From an uncultured Acidimicrobiales bacterium (GTDB lineage Bacteria > Actinomycetota > Acidimicrobiia > Acidimicrobiales > SHLQ01), in the NCBI GenBank assembly GCA_937934655.1, contig CALGZB010000056.1, forward strand, positions 2,147-66,146: 64,000 nt of DNA, read 5' to 3'. Below are positions 34,336-43,182 of this stretch, one piece after another. The translations under genes were made by a program, and so were the position numbers. The notes beneath the pieces were generated by a model. That model worked only from the letters and a program-made list of their open reading frames with translations. It did not search any database and was not told the DNA's origin. The stretch's first letter is position 1. Each line of letters begins with the position of its first letter.

Positions 34336-35174
34336 GCACGACCATGCTGGTGCTCTTTGCGGCAGCAGCGGCGGTGATGGCCCTCATCGGGTTCGCCGTG
34401 TGGTCGGTTCGTACACGTCGAGCTCATCAGCACAACCTCGATCAAGCCCGCCGGGAACTCGGCGAACAGATCCGCGGCGTTGCGCAGATGGTCTTTGATC
34501 TTCATGACCAGGTTGCCATCAGCGCCTCGGACGATCTCGAACTTCGCTACGACGAGGCGAGTGTTGAGTTCAACGATCTTGAGGTCGAACTCGCAGCAGT
34601 CGGCAGCGGCGCCGATATGGCTGCGCTCAATGACCGGGTCGACCGGCTCCGGTGGAGGCTCGAGTGGATCGAGGCTCGCCTCGAAGGCCGTCCCGCTCCA
34701 CCAGAACCTCGCACCGGTTCGATGATCATCGGCGAAGAACGGGTCGCGTCTTCTCGAGAAACGGTTCGAGCGCGGCAAGGCACGTGTTTCTTCGATCCTG
34801 ACCACCGTCCGGGTACGGTCCCCGCATCGATCGATGCCGGGAGCGTCGAGATGGAAGTGTTGTTCTGCCGCGAGTGTGCCCGCACTGTGGAGGACGGCGA
34901 CATCCCGGAGCCGCGACTTCTTCAGGCTGGTAGTCGGCGAGTACCAGCAGCACGTGCTTCGCTTGGTTTTGGAGGCCTAGGACTCGAGGTTCCCGATCGT
35001 TTCCGAATCGTGAGCAGAGACTCCGGACGTCCGATATCGGTCGACTGGTCGGCATGGCCTTCGCCGGCGCCGTCGTCGGCCCGCTCCGAGCAATTGCCCA
35101 GACGATCCCGTCGCGCTTCTCGTAGCGATGCTCGGCGCAAGCAACGGTCTCGGCAGTCTCGGCAGGCTCGTTAA
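34332..35174 (+). CDS. Membrane-anchored hypothetical protein (TM, coiled coil, Cys/His motif, basic tail)
   Basis: ATGA overlap with the pfkA stop. N-terminal TM, a CFFDPDHRPG ... FCRECA motif, and an Arg/Ser-rich C-terminus. Confidence 0.55.
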   Translation: MSTTMLVLFAAAAAVMALIGFAVWSVRTRRAHQHNLDQARRELGEQIRGVAQMVFDLHDQVAISASDDLELRYDEASVEFNDLEVELAAVGSGADMAALNDRVDRLRWRLEWIEARLEGRPAPPEPRTGSMIIGEERVASSRETVRARQGTCFFDPDHRPGTVPASIDAGSVEMEVLFCRECARTVEDGDIPEPRLLQAGSRRVPAARASLGFGGLGLEVPDRFRIVSRDSGRPISVDWSAWPSPAPSSARSEQLPRRSRRASRSDARRKQRSRQSRQAR

Positions 35175-35183
35175 CGCGCTGGG

Positions 35184-35834
35184 CTAGCTGTCGCCAGTCG
35201 CGGTGTCAGGGTCATAACGCGAGTAGTCGGCACGGAAAACCGGACGGCCAGCTTGGCTCTCACTGGCTTGGATCTGCACCGGCACCGCTTCGTTCTGGCT
35301 AACAAATCTGACCCGGGTGAATCCGACGCCTTCGCGGAACTGCTGGGTAGCGGTAAAGACCAACTGGGCCCAGGGGACTGGCGACACGGCACCCTCGATA
35401 GCGGGAACACGCGAGAGATCGATGCGAACGAGGTCGCGGTTGGTCGTGGCGGAGACGAGCGTTATCTGATCGTCTTCTGGGAGTGCCGAACCGAAGAACG
35501 AACGTAAGCCAAGCGCCTCTTCCTCTTCGGTGGGGTCGGCGGCAAGCAACGTCTGAAGCGCCGTCTCGACGCTTGGCTGTGGGACAAGGCGTGTGCGGGC
35601 TACGAGCTCGGGGTCACCGCCATCTTCGTCCTCTCGAAAGAAGTAGATGCTTACTGGAAAGCCGGGGTTGGGAGGTTCGGTGGTCGCAGGCACGGTCTCG
35701 AACGGTCGGAGACCCTCCGGTAACGCTTCGTTGTCGATGGGCCGCACGGCCTCGTCCTCGGGGATGCCACAGCCGGTGACGACCAGCATGGGCAGGATCA
35801 ACATCAGCATCGTGCGGAGCAGGACCTGGCGCAT
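35184..35834 (-). CDS. GerMN-domain lipoprotein (short LpqB-like)
   Basis: Lipobox VVTGC. VSIYFFRED ... LVPQPSVETALQTLLAADP ... VRIDLSRV resembles the GerMN domain. The start overlaps the stop of the upstream kinase gene by 1 nt. Confidence 0.6.
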   Translation of the reverse strand: MRQVLLRTMLMLILPMLVVTGCGIPEDEAVRPIDNEALPEGLRPFETVPATTEPPNPGFPVSIYFFREDEDGGDPELVARTRLVPQPSVETALQTLLAADPTEEEEALGLRSFFGSALPEDDQITLVSATTNRDLVRIDLSRVPAIEGAVSPVPWAQLVFTATQQFREGVGFTRVRFVSQNEAVPVQIQASESQAGRPVFRADYSRYDPDTATGDS

Positions 35835-37243
35835 CAGAAGTCGTCCAATTCTGGGTGCAGGTGGGCGAGCGATATCGGCAGCTCAACGACGAACCAGGCG
35901 CCCGATTGGCCATCGGGACGATCGGTGACCCAAACCTGCCCATCGTGAAGCCGGACATGTTCGTCGACCAGAGAAAGACCGAGTCCTGTTCCGGTGTCGG
36001 CGCCTCGGCGGCCGCCAGCACTCCCGCGCGAGAACCGGTCGAAGATGACACTTCGTTCGGCCACCGGCACGCCGGATCCACGATCTGCAACGGCGATTCG
36101 GACCCGCCGGCCAAGCGGGCTCACGCTTATTGAGGTAGCGCCGCCGCCGTACTTGCGTGCATTCTCGATGAGGTTGGCCATGACCTGTGCAAGGCGACGC
36201 TTGTCGGCATCGATGACCAACTCCTCGGCCTTGGCGGGTATGTCGACCTCGATCTCTTGCTCGCTAAACTTCACGGCTTGGCGCACGAACTCGGCAATGC
36301 CGACCGGTTCGAGTTGAAGCGCTGCGCTGCCGGCATCGAAACGTGAGATCTCGAGGAGATCGGTGACCAGCGATTGGAATCGGCTGATATCCGACGACAT
36401 GAGATCGACAGCGGTCATCGCTCGTTCGGGCATCTGTGGCCGGTTGTTCTCGAGAACCTCCATCGAGGCGGCAAGGGTCATGAGCGGCGAGCGAAGCTCG
36501 TGGCTCACCTCCGAAGCAAAGCGCGCATCCTTTTCGATACGCGTCTCAAGCGCTCCAGCCATGTCGTTAAAGGAGCTCGCGAGCGACGCGAGTTCGGGTG
36601 CGACCTGCTGGTCGAGCCGAGTGTCGAGGCGCCCACCAGCAATAGCCTCGGCCGCCTTCGAGACGCTGCGCAATGGCTGCAACATACGCGAACTCGCGTA
36701 GCGGCCAAGAAGAGCAGCGAGGATCGTGGTGACAATCGCCGCCCCAAACAAAATGACCTGGAGCGAGCCCAGGTTGCTCTGGGTCTCAGCCAGCGACGCT
36801 GCTTCGTAGTAGGTGGCGTTGTCTTCGGGGAGTGGGACTCCGAAGATGATGACCATCTCCGAGTCGAGCCGAGTTCGCAACACACCTGCGCCCTGGCCCG
36901 ATACGCGCTCGAGGAGTTCTAGCGGAACGTCCTCCTGGGTGAACTCGCCCGAGCCGTCTCCCTGCCACACCGTCTCGACCTCCATGAGGGGGCGAGACGA
37001 ACTCGTTTGCAGGGCACCAACAATGTTGATGAAGTCGGCTGGATCGGTCTCTTCGGTCAGCTGACTCTGCACGAGCTGAGCGTTGTTGAGAACTAAGTCG
37101 AGCGCGGCGTTCTCGCGCTGGCGCAGCAGAACCTCGCGGGTGAGCCCCTGAGTCGCGAATGCAAGGAAGGCCGAGAGGACGAGACCACCCAGCGCAAAGG
37201 CCAAGCTGATTCGAGCGCCGAGCCCTAACCGTCGAAAGCTCAT
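35834..37243 (-). CDS. mtrB: Sensor histidine kinase (MtrB-like)
   Basis: Two TMs and a HAMP region. H-box FASEVSHELRSPL, N-box MANLIENARKYG and G-boxes DRGSGV / GTGLGLSL are present. The symbol is inferred from synteny with the regulator and the GerMN lipoprotein. Confidence 0.75.
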   Translation of the reverse strand: MSFRRLGLGARISLAFALGGLVLSAFLAFATQGLTREVLLRQRENAALDLVLNNAQLVQSQLTEETDPADFINIVGALQTSSSRPLMEVETVWQGDGSGEFTQEDVPLELLERVSGQGAGVLRTRLDSEMVIIFGVPLPEDNATYYEAASLAETQSNLGSLQVILFGAAIVTTILAALLGRYASSRMLQPLRSVSKAAEAIAGGRLDTRLDQQVAPELASLASSFNDMAGALETRIEKDARFASEVSHELRSPLMTLAASMEVLENNRPQMPERAMTAVDLMSSDISRFQSLVTDLLEISRFDAGSAALQLEPVGIAEFVRQAVKFSEQEIEVDIPAKAEELVIDADKRRLAQVMANLIENARKYGGGATSISVSPLGRRVRIAVADRGSGVPVAERSVIFDRFSRGSAGGRRGADTGTGLGLSLVDEHVRLHDGQVWVTDRPDGQSGAWFVVELPISLAHLHPELDDF

Positions 37244-37282
37244 CGGCCCATCTCAGGCGCCACGGTGCTGTTGCACCTGGCG

Positions 37283-37969
37283 TCAGGTTTGGAGTTTGTA
37301 GCCAAGTCCTCGGACCGTAACCACGTGTTGTGGGTTTGCCGCATCGGACTCAATCTTGGTGCGCAGGCGGCGGATATGTACGTCGACCAGGCGGCCGTCG
37401 CCGAAGTAGCCGTATTCCCACACTCGTTCGAGGAGGACCTCGCGGGAGTACACGCGGCCAGGTGTTGTCGCGAGCTCGACCAGCAGCCTGAACTCGGTTT
37501 TGGTGAGGTGGACCTCTTCGCCACCCTTCCGGACCACACCTTCGTCGGCGATAATTTCGAGATCGCCGAAGACCAGGTGGCTCCCGGTGTCGCTAGGCCG
37601 AACCCGTCGGAGCAAAGCTCGGATACGGGCGGAGAGTTCTTTGGGAGCGAAAGGTTTGGTGAGATAGTCGTCGGCGCCCGCCTCAAGTCCGGCGACCACA
37701 TCGTGGGTGTCAGCGCGTGCGGTGACCATAACGATGGGGACGTCGCTGATCTTGCGAACCGAGCGACAGACTTCGAAGCCGTCGATGCCCGGGAGCATGA
37801 TATCGATGAGCACAACGTCGGTTGGTTCTTTGGTGAAGAGGGCCAGAGCTTCTTCGCCGTTGCCGGCTTCGACGACTCCCCAACCTTCGTCTTCAAGCGC
37901 GAGTTTTACCGCTGTTCGAATGCCATCGTCGTCTTCAACGGTCAGAATGCGGATGTCCACAATTGCCAT
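37283..37969 (-). CDS. mtrA: OmpR-family response regulator (MtrA-like)
   Basis: Receiver domain (ILTVEDD, DVVLIDIMLPGIDG, TARAD) plus a winged-helix domain (LTKTEFRLLVELA ... TVRGLGYKL). Confidence 0.8.
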   Translation of the reverse strand: MAIVDIRILTVEDDDGIRTAVKLALEDEGWGVVEAGNGEEALALFTKEPTDVVLIDIMLPGIDGFEVCRSVRKISDVPIVMVTARADTHDVVAGLEAGADDYLTKPFAPKELSARIRALLRRVRPSDTGSHLVFGDLEIIADEGVVRKGGEEVHLTKTEFRLLVELATTPGRVYSREVLLERVWEYGYFGDGRLVDVHIRRLRTKIESDAANPQHVVTVRGLGYKLQT

Positions 37970-38045
37970 GGTGGCACCTCATGAGACCGGAAGGAAGCAC
38001 CATGCCAACAATTGTGCAGACGCACGGTTTGAGGCGTCGCGAAAT

Positions 38046-38864
38046 TTAGTGGGCTTCAATCGCCCCAGCGTCGTGGAGTAACGCAATGAGATCGTCGTGA
38101 ATTCCGGGGCTTGAGATGACCGACAGCCCAGGTTTGTCGGGTTCCCCACCGAATTCGCTCGACTGGGCTCCGGCCTCGGTTGCGATAAGTGCTGCCGCGG
38201 CGAGGTCCCAGATGGAGAGTCCCTCCTCGTAGTGGGCGTCAGCGCGTCCACAGGCCACGAGGCAAATGTCGATGGCTGCTCCACCCATGCGACGAATGTC
38301 GCGCACGCGGGGGAGCACGGTGGCAAGCGCGTTGGCTTGTCGCTGCCGAATGTCGGCGTTGTAGTTGAAACCGGTTGCGAGAAGCGCGGTGCTGAGGTCG
38401 TCTTTGCTCGAGGAGGTAATCGCGACGCCGTTGCGGAAAGCGCCGCCGCCGAGGGTTGCCGTAAAGGTCTCGTCGCGAACCGGATCAGCGACGACGCCTC
38501 CGACGGTGATGCCGTCGACCTGCACGGCGACCGACACCGAGTACCCGCAAAGGTCATAGAAGTAATTGGTGGTTCCATCGATGGGGTCGATGACCCAGCG
38601 CACGCCGCTCGTGCCGGCGATCGATGATCCTTCTTCGCCAAGGATGCCGTCGTCGGGGCGAGCCGCAAGCAGTCCCTCGACCAAGGTGTTCTCGGTCCAC
38701 TCGTCCATTTCGGTAACCAGGTCGTTGTCGGTGCTCTTTGTCGATACTCCGATCGTTCCGGTGCCGGCGGTCTGTGCAGCGCGGGCCTCGACGAGTCGGG
38801 GAGAAATCTGGTTGACGAGTTCGACCGCAAGAGCGACCAGATCGGCTGGCTGGGGCGAGCTCAT
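38046..38864 (-). CDS. Inositol monophosphatase family protein
   Basis: Internal ATG (MSSPQPADL). LGEEG, WVIDPIDGTTNF-like (WVIDPIDGTTNYF) and WDLAAA motifs are present. The longer track ORF would overlap the upstream gene. Confidence 0.85.
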   Translation of the reverse strand: MSSPQPADLVALAVELVNQISPRLVEARAAQTAGTGTIGVSTKSTDNDLVTEMDEWTENTLVEGLLAARPDDGILGEEGSSIAGTSGVRWVIDPIDGTTNYFYDLCGYSVSVAVQVDGITVGGVVADPVRDETFTATLGGGAFRNGVAITSSSKDDLSTALLATGFNYNADIRQRQANALATVLPRVRDIRRMGGAAIDICLVACGRADAHYEEGLSIWDLAAAALIATEAGAQSSEFGGEPDKPGLSVISSPGIHDDLIALLHDAGAIEAH

Positions 38865-39190
38865 GCTGCCTGCTTTGCGAGATCGTCGGAGACCTTCTGG
38901 GCGTTCCATTCGGCCATTGCCCGCAGCGCCAGCACGGCAACCACGGCCACGCCGATCGCGGCAAGGAGTGCGGAAGCCGAGCCAATGCCCGTAGCGAGCC
39001 AGGGGCAATCGTCTTCACATTGCAGATTTGTGACGGCATAGCCAATGAGGCCGCCGCAAACACCGCTGATGATGATGGACGCAACAGCCAATACCCGGGC
39101 CGAAACCGGTGGGGCTGCACTCTGTAAACCACTTGGTCCGCTCGGCACGGCGGGGAGCTTGGGCGTCTTGGGGGCCGGTTCGTCGGTCAC
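38861..39190 (-). CDS. Small membrane protein
   Basis: GTG start, a Pro-rich N-terminus and two hydrophobic helices. Its stop overlaps the IMPase start (ATGA). Confidence 0.5.
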   Translation of the reverse strand: MTDEPAPKTPKLPAVPSGPSGLQSAAPPVSARVLAVASIIISGVCGGLIGYAVTNLQCEDDCPWLATGIGSASALLAAIGVAVVAVLALRAMAEWNAQKVSDDLAKQAA

Positions 39191-39320
39191 ACCTTGACGT
39201 TACCGAGGATCGGTCACCAGTGACTTACCCAAGCGCTCTTCCCTCGGCACCTTGGGGTATACGGGCTACTCGGCACTACCATCACTGCAGTTCTGGCCAA
39301 TTGTGCCGAAAAGACTACTA

Positions 39321-40097
39321 GTGCGAACTCTTATCATTCTTCCGACATATAACGAGGCCGAAAACCTCGACACCGTCCTCCGCAGCGTGCGGTTGGCTCT
39401 TCCTGACGCGTCTGTGCTGCTGATTGATGATGGCAGCCCCGACGGCACAGCAGACCTGGGCGATGAACTGGCCGAGGAGCTTGGCAATATCAAGGTCCTT
39501 CGCCGTTCCGGAAAACAAGGCCTTGGAAGCGCCTACCGGCTTGGGTTCCGTCTAGGGATCCAGCAGGGATACGACATCTTGGTCGAGATGGACTCGGATA
39601 TGTCGCACGACCCGACGGCGCTGCCCGTCGTCGTGTCAGCGGTCAAAAAGGGCGCCGCACTGTCGATCGGCAGCCGCTACGTACCCGGAGGATCGATTCC
39701 GAAGTGGTCCTGGCATCGCCGCAAGCTTTCGCTCTGGGGAAACCTCTACGCCAAGCATATTCTGAAGGTCGACGCGGTCGACACCACATCGGGATACCGG
39801 GCCTACCGGGCCAGCATCGTGGACGACATCGACCTCACCCGAGTGCGAGCCGATGGCTACGCGTTTCAGATCGAAATGGCCTACCGGGTCCACATGCTTG
39901 GCGGATCGATTACCGAAGTGCCAATCTCGTTCCGCGACCGTGAACTCGGCGAATCGAAAATGTCGAGCCGCATCGTTTTCGAAGCGCTGGCGTTGGTGAC
40001 GTGGTGGGGCGTTCGCGACCGCATCGCAAAGCGCACCCCCAAAGCTCCCATCGAGTTCGTCGCCGGTTCCGCGGAAGTCATCGAACGTTCTGCATAG
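39321..40097 (+). CDS. Polyprenol-phosphate mannosyltransferase (GT2, Ppm1/DPM-like)
   Basis: GTG at 39321 gives VRTLIILPTYNEAENL. LLIDDGSPDGT, the VEMDSDMSHDP motif and an FRDRELGESKM tail are typical of Dpm1/Ppm1. Confidence 0.8.
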   Translation: MRTLIILPTYNEAENLDTVLRSVRLALPDASVLLIDDGSPDGTADLGDELAEELGNIKVLRRSGKQGLGSAYRLGFRLGIQQGYDILVEMDSDMSHDPTALPVVVSAVKKGAALSIGSRYVPGGSIPKWSWHRRKLSLWGNLYAKHILKVDAVDTTSGYRAYRASIVDDIDLTRVRADGYAFQIEMAYRVHMLGGSITEVPISFRDRELGESKMSSRIVFEALALVTWWGVRDRIAKRTPKAPIEFVAGSAEVIERSA

Positions 40098-40161
40098 AGC
40101 GGCGTTGCCTCTGCGTAGGCCGTTTGGCTCATAGTGCGGATTGCCAAGCCGATAGATATGG

Positions 40162-40854
40162 ATGGCTCTTGGGCTCTCTGACTCCGCACTCCTCGTTCCT
40201 CCCAGTCGTCTTGGGCGTGTTCTTCGCGACCAGCGACACGCGCTTGAGCGCAGCATTAGCGAGGTAAGCGACTCGTCGCTTCTCTCGGAAGCTCTGCTTG
40301 AAGACGCCGAGCAGGGAAGAGCACGCCTCGACGATGCCATCCTCGAAGAGCTCGCGAGCGCCTACGAGATCGATGTGCAGCGGCTTGCCCCGCAACGTGC
40401 CGAATTGGTGATCGACCTCGAGGAAGGTTGGCTTTCGGTCTCCGAACAACACATGGTCTCTGAACAACCCATCGCAGTGAACGAGCCCGATGTGCTCACC
40501 CGCTACCTCGCTCTGGTTTACGCACTTCGCGAGATTCCCGCTGGAACACCCGTTCCGCTCCGCGATCTTGACGTTGCCGTGCTCTCTCACGCACTCGACA
40601 TCGATCGCGATGACGTTGCCGGAGAGCTCACCGGTCTCATGACCACCGGTTCGCGCACCGTTGAAGCGACCGCCTCGACGCTTCGAGAACGCATCATCGT
40701 TCCGCTCGCCGGAATCCTCGTCGGTATCACCGCTATTGGTGGACTCGTTCTCGTACGGCCCGAGCCGGCGGTGACGGTGGGTGACGATATTCCGGTCGAC
40801 ATTGGCGACGCGGTGATGATCGCCAACCCCAACGCTCTACAGATTGAACGCTAA
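40162..40854 (+). CDS. XRE-type HTH-like protein with C-terminal transmembrane segment
   Basis: LGRVLRDQRHALERSISEVSD ... EDAEQGRARL ... LASAYEID resembles an XRE helix-turn-helix. A hydrophobic helix IIVPLAGILVGITAIGGLVLV lies near the C-terminus. Confidence 0.45.
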   Translation: MALGLSDSALLVPPSRLGRVLRDQRHALERSISEVSDSSLLSEALLEDAEQGRARLDDAILEELASAYEIDVQRLAPQRAELVIDLEEGWLSVSEQHMVSEQPIAVNEPDVLTRYLALVYALREIPAGTPVPLRDLDVAVLSHALDIDRDDVAGELTGLMTTGSRTVEATASTLRERIIVPLAGILVGITAIGGLVLVRPEPAVTVGDDIPVDIGDAVMIANPNALQIER

Positions 40855-40893
40855 CGGCCCACACTGCGGGCTCAGTGTCTCTAGACTCTGCCT

Positions 40894-41379
40894 ATGAAGC
40901 AGTGGGCAGTCGCAAGCTCGATCATCGTCTCTGACGATTCGTACCTGCTCGTCGCGAACCGACGACGCAACGACTCGATCGACTGGTCGCCGCCAGGTGG
41001 CGTTGTCGACGAAGGCGAAACGCCCGTCGAGGCGCTCACCCGGGAGGTCGTTGAAGAGACCGGACTATCGGTCGCTTCCTGGGGGCCCGAGGCATATGCG
41101 GTGACGGTTCGATTCATCGACCTGCAGATGCATCTCACGGTCAACTGCTTCCCAGCGCTCGAGTGGTCAGGGTTGCTTGTTATCGACGACCCGGACAACA
41201 TCGTCGAAGAAGCACTTTGGTGCTCGAGTAGTCGGTGCGCCGAACTCCTCGCTGAAGCTCCGGTGTGGGTAAGCGAACCCTTTCTCGCTCACCTGAGCGG
41301 TTCAGAAACCGGACCGTTTATCTACGAGGTGCACGGAGAGAAGTTGGCCAACGCACAGGTGCAACGCGTCGCCCAATGA
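40894..41379 (+). CDS. NUDIX hydrolase
   Basis: Perfect NUDIX box G-VVDEG-E-TPVEALT-REVVEETGL. Confidence 0.85.
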   Translation: MKQWAVASSIIVSDDSYLLVANRRRNDSIDWSPPGGVVDEGETPVEALTREVVEETGLSVASWGPEAYAVTVRFIDLQMHLTVNCFPALEWSGLLVIDDPDNIVEEALWCSSSRCAELLAEAPVWVSEPFLAHLSGSETGPFIYEVHGEKLANAQVQRVAQ

Positions 41380-42647
41380 CCTTGCGGGAACTTCCGTCGA
41401 TTCTTCATGTCGATATGGATGCCTTCTTCGTCTCGGTCGAGCTCACGGTTCGGCCCGAACTACGCGGCAAACCGGTAATTGTCGGGGGCGCTGGAAACCG
41501 TGGCGTGGTTGCTGCTGCCTCGTATGCGGCGCGTTCGTACGGCGTGCACTCGGCGATGCCGTCGACCAGGGCCCGCCGGCTATGCCCGAACGCCATCTTC
41601 CTGCAGGGAAACCACGCGCTCTACTCCGAAGTGTCGAAGCGAGTGATGGCCATCTTTGGCCGGTATACCCCCGAGATCGAACCGCTCTCGCTCGACGAAG
41701 CCTTCCTCGATGTCGGTGGAAGTTTGCGGCGGCTCGGAACACCCGAGTTCATTGCCAACCAGATCCGCGACGAAGTCTTCGCCAAAGAAGGGCTCTATTG
41801 CTCCGTGGGAGGAGCGACCACCAAGTTTCTCTCAAAGCTGGCCTCCGAAGCCGCGAAGCCTGTGGCAACCCGAAGCGGGCCAAAGCCCGGACTCGGCGTA
41901 AAGATCATCGAGCCCGGAACCGAACTTGCGTTCCTTCATCCACAACCGGTCAAAGCCCTTTGGGGAGTTGGCAAGGTGACGCTCGACAAACTCCAACGCA
42001 TCGGCGTTGAGACCGTCGGCGACCTCGCCCGGCTTCCGGTCGAAACCGTTATCGCCGGCGTGGGGAAAGCAAGCGGCCGTCACCTCCATGAGTTGGCGAA
42101 TGCACGCGACCCACGGCACGTCGTTCCCAACGTCGCCTCGAAGTCGGTGAGCCACGAAGAGACCTTTGCCTCCGATCTCTTCGATCGGTCGGCGCTCGAC
42201 CGTGAGTTTGTTCGGATGGCCGACTCGGTTGGGTCGAGGCTTCGGAAATCGTCGACTGCCGGACGAACCGTCGCTATCAAAGTGAGGTTTGGTGACTTCA
42301 CCACAATTACCCGCTCGATCACCGTGTCGACACCTATCGATTCTGGAAGCGAGATCGTTCGGCTTGCGAAGTCCCTTCTCGATCAGGTCGACATCGGTCC
42401 AGGAATCCGCCTCCTTGGGGTTGGCGTGCAATCGCTGACCGAAGACACCACCCGCCAACTCAGCCTTGCGCTCGACGAACAACCCGCGGAGCGCCGCAGC
42501 GAGGTCGATGCGGCTGTCGATTCGATTCGCGCTCGTTTCGGAGCCGGCTCGATCGGGCCGGCGGTTTTGGCCGACTCGACCGGTTTCCGGGTGAAACAAA
42601 AGGGCGATCAGCCGTGGGGCCCCGACGAAAGTGGCCCGAATGAGTAA
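41376..42647 (+). CDS. dinB: DNA polymerase IV (Y-family)
   Basis: The internal ATG gives MTLRELPSILHVDMDAFFVSVE. SLDEAFLDV and the little-finger region are present. The start overlaps the NUDIX stop (ATGA). Confidence 0.9.
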   Translation: MTLRELPSILHVDMDAFFVSVELTVRPELRGKPVIVGGAGNRGVVAAASYAARSYGVHSAMPSTRARRLCPNAIFLQGNHALYSEVSKRVMAIFGRYTPEIEPLSLDEAFLDVGGSLRRLGTPEFIANQIRDEVFAKEGLYCSVGGATTKFLSKLASEAAKPVATRSGPKPGLGVKIIEPGTELAFLHPQPVKALWGVGKVTLDKLQRIGVETVGDLARLPVETVIAGVGKASGRHLHELANARDPRHVVPNVASKSVSHEETFASDLFDRSALDREFVRMADSVGSRLRKSSTAGRTVAIKVRFGDFTTITRSITVSTPIDSGSEIVRLAKSLLDQVDIGPGIRLLGVGVQSLTEDTTRQLSLALDEQPAERRSEVDAAVDSIRARFGAGSIGPAVLADSTGFRVKQKGDQPWGPDESGPNE

Positions 42648-42750
42648 TTATCGTCACCAAAGAGCCGTTTTGCCCACGTATCGCGTTGGTTTAACTTTCG
42701 CCGTGTGCGATGATAGAGAGGTCGGAATACCTGTATGTCTTGGAGGATGA

Positions 42751-43158
42751 GTGCCGCTTTCGGAGGATGAACAAAGAATCCTCAGCGAGATTGAGCAGCA
42801 GCTCTATGAATCCGACCCTGCGCTTGCGCGTGAGGTCGGGTCTACCACCGTGTACACGCACGCCTTCCGGAACCTCAAGTGGGCCACCGTAGGGTTCGCA
42901 ATCGGCGCCGCTTTTATGGTGCTCAGCTTGCAATACCACTACCTGGTCTCGTTCCTCGGTTTCTTGATGATGCTGGGCTCAGCGTTCTTCTTTGAGCGCA
43001 ACCTTCGCCGACTCGGTCGGGTTGGGTTCGATCAGATGACCCAGAACGTGCGTGGCGCAGGGATGCGCGACTACTTCGGTTCGGCCGGCGATCGCATGCG
43101 CGACAAGTTCCGCAGCGACTTCGAAGGCGAAGAAGAACAGACCGACGACGCCGAGTAA
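42751..43158 (+). CDS. DUF3040 domain-containing membrane protein
   Basis: The GTG start gives PLSEDEQRILSEIEQQLYESDP, followed by two TM helices. This is the typical DUF3040 layout. Confidence 0.75.
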   Translation: MPLSEDEQRILSEIEQQLYESDPALAREVGSTTVYTHAFRNLKWATVGFAIGAAFMVLSLQYHYLVSFLGFLMMLGSAFFFERNLRRLGRVGFDQMTQNVRGAGMRDYFGSAGDRMRDKFRSDFEGEEEQTDDAE

Positions 43159-43182
43159 TTTCGGCTGCCAGTATCGGGTGCC

